Shown: positions 1 through 7,700 of the stretch, piece after piece
Layout of the letters: every line of letters begins with the position of its first letter
How positions within the stretch are numbered: the stretch's first letter is position 1
Origin: a virus
Direction: 5' to 3' (one strand)
Virus record (IMG/VR): IMGVR_UViG_3300014025_000004
DNA: 51,509 bases
Program-made: the position numbers and the translations under genes
Notes under the pieces: generated by a model
Databases searched by the model: none
What the model was told of the DNA's origin: nothing
The model's input: the letters and a program-made list of their open reading frames with translations, nothing else

Positions 1-40
1 TCGGCTCTGAGGGTTAGGGGTTCGAAGCCTCTCGCGGTCA
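1..40 (+). tRNA. 3' portion of a host tRNA gene (T-arm, 3' acceptor strand, discriminator A); the 5' part lies upstream of the window
   Basis: T-arm AGGGG-TTCGAAG-CCTCT is followed by the 7-nt CGCGGTC plus A, with no encoded CCA. The preceding TCGGCTCTGAGGG could be the end of a long variable arm. Isotype cannot be determined. Confidence 0.6.
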
Positions 41-73
41 CTAAGTGTAACACTCTTCCACTCAATGTGTTAC
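1..73 (+). repeat. attL copy of the 73-bp direct repeat (att core plus flanking identity)
   Basis: tcggctctgagggttaggggttcgaagcctctcgcggtcactaagtgtaacactcttccactcaatgtgttac is repeated exactly at 51437-51509. Confidence 0.9.
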
Positions 74-115
74 AACTGTTTTAAGGCTAAAATTTCGTTT
101 GTGATTTCACCAAAA

Positions 116-139
116 CGGCAAGGTAAACGGCAAGGTAAA
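116..139 (+). promoter_or_regulatory. Tandem CGGCAAGGTAAA x2, putative integrase arm-type binding sites
   Basis: Perfect 12-bp tandem repeat between the att core and the int start. The related CAAGGTAA motifs recur near attR. Confidence 0.4.
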
Positions 140-152
140 AATTACAAACAAA

Positions 153-1322
153 ATGGCAACAAAAACATTTCAGGGGTGTAGCTACACCGAATTTTGGGTG
201 TCCCCAGCCAATTGGCAAAAAGCTACTAAAAAGGATTTAGACAAAGATTGGTATGTACAATGCACTTTCTTTGATCCTCGTCATGAAAAGAAATATCCCC
301 AAGGCTTTCCTTTTCGAAAGAGGGCTAACAAGCCCCAAACAATAGAGGAGCGTAAGGCGCTTATTTCTTTCTTTCTCAAAAGTATTCCCCAACAATTCAA
401 TGATGGGTACAATCCTATTACCAAGAAATACATGAATGTCAGAAACGAGGGACTTTATCCTAATTTGCTCTTTATCGAAGCGTTCAGGCGTGCATTGGAA
501 ATGAAGAGGAATGCAAATAATAAGCGACATCTGTACGATATACAATGCGCTATTAACAGACTGGAAAAAGCCAGTGAAGCCCTTAGCATGCAATATATCA
601 AGGTAAAAGACTTGCGCCGTGTGGATCTTAAGCGTATGCTTGATTACCTACAACTCCCTGATAAGTATTATAATAAGTTCGTGATTTATTTCTCAAGTCT
701 CTATCGTGAGCTGATAGAATATGAGTGCTGCGAGACTAACATCACCAGGGATATTTACCCTAAAAAGACTTTTAAGGAACCACGCCTTGTGCTTGAGAAA
801 AACGAATTGGATAGGGTAAGGGAGTACTTGGAGAAGACACACCCCGATTTCTATCGTTATATGATGATCTTCCTCTACTCAGGGGCGCGTAATACCGAGC
901 TTTTCAGACTGCAACGCAAAGATGTAGATTTGGATAAGCAGGAGTTTGTCATACTCCTTGAAAAAGGCGGACAGTATAAACGATGTACCAAGGTGATACT
1001 TGGTCCTGCTTTGGAATATTGGCGTGAAGTATGTGAGGAGTGCCAAAGCCCCGATGATTATCTCTTTGCCTTGAACTTTGTACCTAATAAAGAAATAGGA
1101 CATTCGGAGATTGTTACTAAGTTTTGGAAACGAAATGTAAAGGACAAACTTGGCATTGAAGCTGATTTTTACGCCCTCAAGCACTATATGCTTGATAACT
1201 TAGATAGTGATACCGCTATGTTATTGGCTTCCCATACCAATAAAAACACTACCGCTATCTATCAGGTCAATAAAGCCAAAAAGGACAGGGAAATGCTTAA
1301 ACAGCTGAAAATAGAGATATAG
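153..1322 (+). CDS. int: Tyrosine recombinase / phage integrase
   Basis: 389 aa. LYSGARNTELFRLQRKDVD (Arg box) and HYMLDN...LLASHTNKNTTAIYQ (His/Arg/Tyr region) are visible. It is the first gene next to the att/tRNA. Confidence 0.9.
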   Translation: MATKTFQGCSYTEFWVSPANWQKATKKDLDKDWYVQCTFFDPRHEKKYPQGFPFRKRANKPQTIEERKALISFFLKSIPQQFNDGYNPITKKYMNVRNEGLYPNLLFIEAFRRALEMKRNANNKRHLYDIQCAINRLEKASEALSMQYIKVKDLRRVDLKRMLDYLQLPDKYYNKFVIYFSSLYRELIEYECCETNITRDIYPKKTFKEPRLVLEKNELDRVREYLEKTHPDFYRYMMIFLYSGARNTELFRLQRKDVDLDKQEFVILLEKGGQYKRCTKVILGPALEYWREVCEECQSPDDYLFALNFVPNKEIGHSEIVTKFWKRNVKDKLGIEADFYALKHYMLDNLDSDTAMLLASHTNKNTTAIYQVNKAKKDREMLKQLKIEI

Positions 1323-1342
1323 AAATATTTCATTATTTTTTA

Positions 1343-1373
1343 TTGTGTGTCCTTATTTATTGTTGTATCTTTG
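1343..1373 (+). promoter_or_regulatory. Bacteroidota-type promoter TTG-N20-TATCTTTG
   Basis: TTG at 1343-1345 and TATCTTTG at 1366-1373, 25 nt upstream of the ATG at 1398. Confidence 0.5.
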
Positions 1374-1397
1374 CATAAGATTTTTAACAAATAAATC

Positions 1398-1700
1398 ATG
1401 AAAAAAATTAATTATGAAATTTTAAAAGAGGATGTTAGACCATCAGTGACTAATTTCTATATATTTTACAAGGAAACAAATTTTACAGAAGATGATGTTT
1501 CTAAATTTGCATTGTCATTTAGGAAAGAAAAGGATGTAAAGTGTAATATCCACATCATAGACAGCATGGAGATAGTGGATTTTATGGATATATTTACTAA
1601 TTTGCCTAAAAAGCAAAAAGAACTAAAAGCAGATCATTTTATTGCAACTTTGTTCTTTGATACAAACAATATACTTTGGTATCCCTTCAAAGAAAAATAA
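1398..1700 (+). CDS. Hypothetical protein (100 aa), lysogeny-oriented cargo
   Basis: ORF with its own promoter. No recognisable motif. Confidence 0.5.
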   Translation: MKKINYEILKEDVRPSVTNFYIFYKETNFTEDDVSKFALSFRKEKDVKCNIHIIDSMEIVDFMDIFTNLPKKQKELKADHFIATLFFDTNNILWYPFKEK

Positions 1701-1718
1701 TATTTTCGCTATTTTTCG

Positions 1719-1750
1719 TTTGCAAAATTGTACGGAAGTTCGTACATTTG
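1719..1750 (+). promoter_or_regulatory. Canonical Bacteroidota promoter TTTG-N20-TACATTTG
   Basis: TTTG at 1719-1722 and TACATTTG at 1743-1750. No ORF follows before the terminator at 1819-1849. Confidence 0.5.
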
Positions 1751-1755
1751 CACTC

Positions 1756-1849
1756 TCTGAAGAGTTGTTTTCAATTTCTATCATATAAAATAAAATTTTA
1801 AAAGCAACCCTCCTTATCAATATCTCTGCGCCCACAGAGATATTTTTTT
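1756..1849 (+). ncRNA. Candidate small RNA or attenuator leader (about 90 nt), bracketed by a promoter and an intrinsic terminator
   Basis: No ATG in the interval. It has a 5' hairpin (ACTCT-CTGA-AGAGT) and a strong 3' terminator. Confidence 0.4.
1819..1849 (+). terminator. Rho-independent terminator
   Basis: 10-bp stem aatatctctg/cagagatatt, 6-nt loop, then a T-run. Confidence 0.7.
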
Positions 1850-1947
1850 ATATATAAGACACTACAATATTTAAACGTTAAATTTCTTTCGTATTCCTTT
1901 ATGATTTCTTAATTTTGTACCCAGTTAAATAACACATCAATCATAAC

Positions 1948-3033
1948 ATGGAAATAGAAGCAGAACTCAAAGGCAAATTAGAGCAGCTTTATAACCGTGT
2001 GGAAAGTCTCAAGGACCAGATTAACACGGAGGAAGCAACTAAAAACGCCTTCATCATGCCTTTCTTGCAGATACTCGGCTACGATGTATTTAACCCTACG
2101 GAGGTTATTCCTGAGTACGTGGCCGATATAGGCACCAAGAAAGGCGAAAAGGTAGATTATGTAATCAAGAAAGACGATCAGGTCGTGATTATCATTGAGT
2201 GCAAGCATTGGAAAGAGAATATCAATGCTCATAACTCCCAATTGCACCGATACTATCACGTTACCGATGCACGCTTTGGCATTATCACCAATGGGATTGT
2301 GTATGACTTTTTCACAGACCTTGAAAAGCCCAATATCATGGACAACAACCCTTTCCTTACCGTGAATTTGGCTAACCTCAAAGACAGCACCATTAAGGAA
2401 CTGGTGAAGTTCACCAAGGCAACCTTTAGCATTGACAACATATTAGAGAGCGCCGAAGCCCTCAAGTATGTACGTGCTTTTAAGAATGAGTTTGAAAAGG
2501 AAATACAGGAGCCGTCCGATGACTTTATCAAGCTGTTAGCACGTCGTTTCTTTGATAAGCAAATCACCGCTGGCCGATTGGAGATATTCCGTGGATACCT
2601 CAAGCGTGCCATGACTTCCTATTTCAACGATTCAATTAATACCCGCCTGAAAACTGCCCTTGACATTAACGAGGGCAAGGCACCACAACCCAAGGAAGAG
2701 CCAGTGGCGCCTGAACCTATAATAGACGAGGAAGACGAAAGCAGGATTGTTACCACCGAGGAAGAGTTGGAAGGATTTCAGATAGTCAAAGCGATTGTCC
2801 GAGAGAAAGTACCCGCTTCACGAATTGCTTACCGAGATACCATTTCGTACTTTGGTATATTGTTGGACGATAACAACCGCAAGCCTATTTGTAGGTTACA
2901 CTTCAACGGCGTGAAGAAATATATCGAGTTCTTTGACAAAGGCAAAGACAGCTCCGAAAAGGTACTCCTTGACAGCTTGGACGATATTTACACCCATAAG
3001 GAACGCTTATTACATACAGTTGAAATTTACTAA
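1948..3033 (+). CDS. PD-(D/E)xK nuclease-like protein of the HsdR_N type (type I restriction enzyme R N-terminal-like domain), with an uncharacterised C-terminal domain
   Basis: 361 aa. EKVDYVIKKDDQVVIIIECKHW...QLHRYY...FGIITNG gives the D..E-x-K..Q..Y..TNG motif order. Confidence 0.65.
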   Translation: MEIEAELKGKLEQLYNRVESLKDQINTEEATKNAFIMPFLQILGYDVFNPTEVIPEYVADIGTKKGEKVDYVIKKDDQVVIIIECKHWKENINAHNSQLHRYYHVTDARFGIITNGIVYDFFTDLEKPNIMDNNPFLTVNLANLKDSTIKELVKFTKATFSIDNILESAEALKYVRAFKNEFEKEIQEPSDDFIKLLARRFFDKQITAGRLEIFRGYLKRAMTSYFNDSINTRLKTALDINEGKAPQPKEEPVAPEPIIDEEDESRIVTTEEELEGFQIVKAIVREKVPASRIAYRDTISYFGILLDDNNRKPICRLHFNGVKKYIEFFDKGKDSSEKVLLDSLDDIYTHKERLLHTVEIY

Positions 3034-3049
3034 CTTAAATACATAACAC

Positions 3050-3418
3050 ATGAAAAAAGTATTATTGCTTCTCATAGGGCTGATTGCCTTGGGGTGCTCT
3101 AAGAGTGAGGATAAAAGTGAAGACTCCTCTAAATTAAACCTAAAAGGCACAAAATGGACAGCTACAGATGATATTGCTGAGCTTCTTTATGGGAAAACTT
3201 GTACAACTACCATTGAATTTATTGACGATAAAAATTGTCAAACTATTAATGTTAGAGATGTAAGAGGGTACGGAAGCGGAACAGATGTTGAAGAGGGTAT
3301 ATATGAGGTAAAAGGAGATTCTGTCTTTTGGAGTAAAGGAGATAAAAAACTAACCAATAAAGGTAGAGTTTCGGGAAGCGTGTTAAAAACTTATCGTTTG
3401 ACCTATACAAAGAAATAA
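3050..3418 (+). CDS. Small lipoprotein (122 aa)
   Basis: Signal peptide plus lipobox: MKKVLLLLIGLIALGC-SKSED. Confidence 0.75.
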   Translation: MKKVLLLLIGLIALGCSKSEDKSEDSSKLNLKGTKWTATDDIAELLYGKTCTTTIEFIDDKNCQTINVRDVRGYGSGTDVEEGIYEVKGDSVFWSKGDKKLTNKGRVSGSVLKTYRLTYTKK

Positions 3419-3424
3419 CCAATA

Positions 3425-3448
3425 AAAAGCCCCTTATTTGGGGCTTTT
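3425..3448. terminator. Bidirectional intrinsic terminator between convergent genes
   Basis: aaaagcccc-ttattt-ggggctttt, with A/T runs on both sides. Confidence 0.75.
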
Positions 3449-3451
3449 TCA

Positions 3452-4168
3452 TTATACAATTATAGAGTGTATAAACGCCCTGCCTTTTTCAGTCCAAACC
3501 GTTGATGAGTTTGTGCAGGTCTCACCTTTGCTATCTGTATAAGTATAGGTGACAGTCTTTGTGTAACCCTTATTTTGATGAGGGTGATATAGTAACCATT
3601 GCCCGCCTTGCTTATATTGTACTTTCAGCTCGTGTAACTTCTTATTGAGCGTTACAGCACTCATACCGAGTTCTTTTGCGATTTGGTTGGCGTTGTAGGT
3701 GCTTTGCGAAGTCAGCACTTCATCGTAATAGGCTACTTTCGGGGCTTGTTTCTCAAGTTCTTTAGCTTGTAGCTCATTTTGCGCTTGTAACCTCTCTTTT
3801 GCTTCAACCTCAATCAGTAATGATTGTAACGCCTCTTTGTAAGTGGTAGGTAGTGCAAATTTGCCACTTCTTAGCTGTTTTTCACACTCTATGAAATACT
3901 CACGTGCTTCTTTACCCTTTTTAGACCGCTGTATCATTGATATTTCTTTCGCACAATCAAGGGTGAGGGCGTAGTCAGTAAGTGTTTGATTTGCAAGGGC
4001 GTTAAAAAATTCACACCCTTGATAATCAATATTTTCAACAAATCCATATTGTAACATTCTTTCAAACCAACTACTAAACCTCTCTGTTATTTCTAAGAAC
4101 TTATGTAAGTCTCTTGCCGATACGGCTTGATTGCCGTTATACTCTGTGATTTTTATCAACTCGTTCAT
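3452..4168 (-). CDS. Phage antirepressor (AntA-like N-terminus plus KilAC-like C-terminus)
   Basis: 238 aa. N-terminus: NGNQAVSARDLHKFLEITERFSSWFERMLQYGF. C-terminus: YNANQIAKELGMSAVTLNKKLHELKV. Confidence 0.75.
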   Translation of the reverse strand: MNELIKITEYNGNQAVSARDLHKFLEITERFSSWFERMLQYGFVENIDYQGCEFFNALANQTLTDYALTLDCAKEISMIQRSKKGKEAREYFIECEKQLRSGKFALPTTYKEALQSLLIEVEAKERLQAQNELQAKELEKQAPKVAYYDEVLTSQSTYNANQIAKELGMSAVTLNKKLHELKVQYKQGGQWLLYHPHQNKGYTKTVTYTYTDSKGETCTNSSTVWTEKGRAFIHSIIV

Positions 4169-4488
4169 ATATCTGCCCTCCTTTCTATTTCGTGCATTAG
4201 TTGTATATTATTTGTTAGAAGGCAGTCAATAACATCATTGAGAGCAAAAAACATTTCATTAATAACTTGATTTTGACGATTATTTTCTTCTGAAAGCATA
4301 TTTATCCCAGAACGAGCACGCCACAAGCCAGCCATTAAGTTTATGTAACTTTCTTTATTATCAAAAGTACGTTCAAGCCTTTTTACCATTTCAGGCTCTA
4401 AATAATTCTTAACAGTTATCGCACTGTGAGGCGAGTTTTTACAATTACTATTATTCATTGTAGAAACATTTGTTACTTGGTTTGACAT
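4165..4488 (-). CDS. Hypothetical protein (107 aa), first gene of the ant operon
   Basis: Its ORF overlaps the ant start by 4 nt. Its first 14 nt are duplicated at 4667-4680. Confidence 0.6.
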   Translation of the reverse strand: MSNQVTNVSTMNNSNCKNSPHSAITVKNYLEPEMVKRLERTFDNKESYINLMAGLWRARSGINMLSEENNRQNQVINEMFFALNDVIDCLLTNNIQLMHEIERRADI

Positions 4489-4680
4489 TTATTTAGTATT
4501 AAAATGTTTCAATAGAAAAAGCCCTAAAAAGTGGGTATTGTCAAACCAAGTGGCAAACGCCTTTTGATTGCATAGTATTACTACTATGCTATACCTTTTT
4601 TAGAGCTATATTATATGACTCAATAAAGAGTTATATTCTTTGCAAGATTTATAAACAAGTCTTGCCACTTGGTTTGACAT
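4475..4680 (-). promoter_or_regulatory. Structured 5' leader with three mutually pairing segments (S1 4662-4680, S2 4539-4556, S3 4475-4488)
   Basis: S2 is a perfect 18-nt complement of S1 and a 13-nt complement of S3, which contains the start codon. An internal hairpin gcatagta-ttac-tactatgc lies at 4570-4589. Confidence 0.5.
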
Positions 4681-4682
4681 CG

Positions 4683-4712
4683 CAAATGTACGAATGTTTT
4701 TTGAAATACCAA
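4683..4712 (-). promoter_or_regulatory. Bacteroidota-type promoter TTG-N19-TACATTTG for the ant operon
   Basis: The minus strand reads TTGgtatttcaaaaaacattcgTACATTTG, immediately downstream of the tape-measure stop. Confidence 0.5.
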
Positions 4713-4743
4713 TAAGCAGTAAAGTTAATTGTTTGTTATTTTT

Positions 4744-7700
4744 TTACGCTCTTATTTTGATTCCTTTTGTCTGCATATCGCTTAATACAGTTTTCACTCC
4801 CGCTATATCTTTTTTCATTTCATGTAGCTGATAGGTGTTTGCTTCAATCCCCGCAAGGTGTCGTAACTGCTGAGCAGCATTGCTTTGCATTGATTGGTTC
4901 ATTTCTTTGATGAAGTTAGCGGTCTGTAAAGCGGCATTCTTTATCTCAGCGCTTAGTTGGGTTTGTAATCTGAATTGTCCTAATAAATCATCTCCTGTGT
5001 CCTGACTCATTCGCATATATCCTTTTTCTACCGCTTTACGTTGCTCATTAAGCGGATCAAAGTTAGGATCATACTGCTTTCCTACATCTATAATTCTCTT
5101 ATAGGTGTCTTTCATAGCTTCAAAATTTCCTTTCATGGAGTTGCCAAAGTTAGCGATCAAGTCTGCGGATTGCTTTGCTACTTCTTCTGGTGATATTTCC
5201 TTTCTTGAACCTCTTTCATGTATTCTTTGAATATCATCTTGTAGTTTCTTGTAATGATTAGCTACAAAAACCTCGTATACGAGTTTTCTCCCTAACTTTC
5301 CTATTACATTACCTACCGATTTAGCGAAACTTTCAAAAGCATCTTCCCCTGTCTTTAAGGAATTTACCACGCTATCAACAATGGTAGTTCCTAACTCCCC
5401 AAAGGTGTTTTTCATATACTCGTCAAACTGTTTTTGAGCTTCCTGAGCACGTTCGTACAACTCAATAATCTCTTTTAGCTTTTCTTTCCCATCTCCATAA
5501 AACTCTCTGTTGTCTAAGGCTGCTTTAGCTACTTTAATATCAAGTTCACCATTTGCTTTTACAAGGTCAGGAATTGCTTCTGAAATATTATGCCAAATAG
5601 TACCTGCTTTTTTCCAAAACCAAGTCCCCGTGGTATAACTTCCATTAGCTACTGTTATCTTTTGTAATTCGCTTAGTCCGGCCCTTCCGATCTCTAATTC
5701 CTTGAGATACTTTTTCCAATTAACATCATTCTTACTTTGCTTTTTTAGATTAGAATTTCTCTCTTCTGCTTGCTCTCGTAATTGTTTTACAAGTCTCCTG
5801 CGTGATATTTCATCTGAAGACATTTTAGGAGTGGTGATTTTCTCTTGTAAATCATTCCACTTCTCATTATATACGGCTAATAAGTCTAAAGCATTGGATA
5901 TTTCCTTAGTTCCAAACACAGAAGTATTTTCCTTATGAAGCATTCGTTCCTCAAACAACAATCGGTTATACTCATTTTGTTGGGCTATTTTGGCATTAGC
6001 TATCTCTTGTAACTTCTTTTCGTGGGCTAATCGCTCCTTAGCTGCTGTTTCAAATCCTGACACAGCAAACCCTACCACAGCACCAATAAGAGCACCCCAA
6101 CCACCTGCAGAGCTTCCTACTTGTGCAAAAGACATGGTACGACTGAGCATATTAGCCGTATTCTGTAATGTCCTACCGAATTTTTCAAGGGAGGAGTTCC
6201 CCGTACTCTGTCCCAGTTTTTCAAATTCTTGTCCTAACTGTCCAAACTCTCCAGTAATTGACTGAGCATCAGAAAGAACTCCTTGTAGTGCATCTTTCCA
6301 CTCTATCGTATTGGGCTTAAACTTAAATAGTGACTGAATGTTTTTATCAAGCCTGCCAAATGCTGTATCGCTACGATCGGCCGTGTCTCTTGCTTGCTCC
6401 AACTGCTGACGGAGGTTTTGAATAAATTCTACATTAGCACTGTCGCTCATGTCAAGGGTACTTGCCAGCTGGTCAATCTCCTTTTCAGCATCGGCTATGG
6501 TCTCACGTATCTCCTTGACAGTCTTTTTGCGCATATTCTCAAAGAGTTTAGCAATAGCGGTGCCCTCTTTCTTGTAGAGTATATCCAGCTTTTTAAGCTC
6601 ACGAGCTTTTTCGTCTTGCGCTTTCTTCACTTGTGGAGTGTCTGCACCTAACTTGGCTTGCAAGGCGGCAATGTCAGCGTTGTACTTTTCCTCAATGGCT
6701 TTGCGTTGGTCTGTATACGTTTGGTACTTCTCCAATAGCTCTTTATATACCAGCCCTTGTTGGTACAGCATATAATCGTGGTTGGAGGCTAACAGTTGTT
6801 GCTCCTCTGTTTGTAGCTTGGCCCTGTGAGCGTTGATTACAGGAGTATCTTCGTTAAAGGCTTGTCCTTTCTTCCACTTTCCCTCTGCCTCTGCTTGGGC
6901 TTTCTGCTGCTCGATAAAAGCGGCCATTTGGTCTTCGGTACGACGGCGTATTTCCTCTTCTTGTCTATCATAATCAAGCTGAATGATAGCAAGGCGTTTC
7001 TTTGCTCCGTCCTCCATGATGTTGATACGAGCCTGCTCTTTCTGAAAAAGAAAATCCTGCTCACGGCGTGCTTCTTCTTGGGCGGCTTTCTTATAGTCAA
7101 AAGTAGGAAGCTCTGTTTTGGTTTTGGCGGCTTTGGCTCCTTTGGATTTGCTTAAACTTGTTTTGTGATCCTCTAATGTCTTCTTTGCGTTTTTTAGATT
7201 ATCTTCAGCTTCTTTAATGATTTTCGCAAATTCTTCTTCTGTGTGTTTCCCTTTTCCTCCATTCTTTATAGTATCCAAAGCTACCTCGGCATCTTTAACG
7301 GCTTGTGTATATTTCTTAGTAAGGTCTTTGTACTCATAGGTCTGCTCGTGGAGTTTGTCTAATTGCGCTTGTAAGGTCTTTGATTGCGCTTGTAGTTCCT
7401 CTTCGTTGAAAGCAAACCAATCACCTCCAAAATTCACCCCATGAGAAGCCCATTTGTTACCTGCTTTCTTCTGTTTTTGCAAGTCCGCAATGAGTTTTTG
7501 TCGGTGCTCTAACTCTTTCTTAATCTCTTCCTCTGATAGGTTTTTCACGCTCATGCTCCAAGCGGCTACTCTGTCGCCTTTTACATCACCATGCTTAATT
7601 TTAGATTTTTCAGTAAGATATTCTAATACTTTTTTTCTCTGATTTTCAGAACCTAATATAAAACCTCGTAAATCCTCGTTAATTCGTCCATATAACCCAG

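Noticed and set aside
1623-1835. 70-aa minus-strand ORF between the 100-aa gene and the nuclease-like gene
   Set aside because: It overlaps the 3' end of the 100-aa gene and runs through a plus-strand promoter and terminator. No promoter is visible for it. The sRNA/leader interpretation is preferred.
4539-4679. 18-bp inverted repeats flanking a 105-bp segment, considered as a Bacteroides-style invertible promoter (phase-variation switch)
   Set aside because: No canonical TAnnTTTG promoter lies inside the segment in either orientation, and no invertase gene is nearby. The third copy at the gene start fits an RNA alternative-pairing model better. The idea is not fully excluded; read-orientation analysis would settle it.
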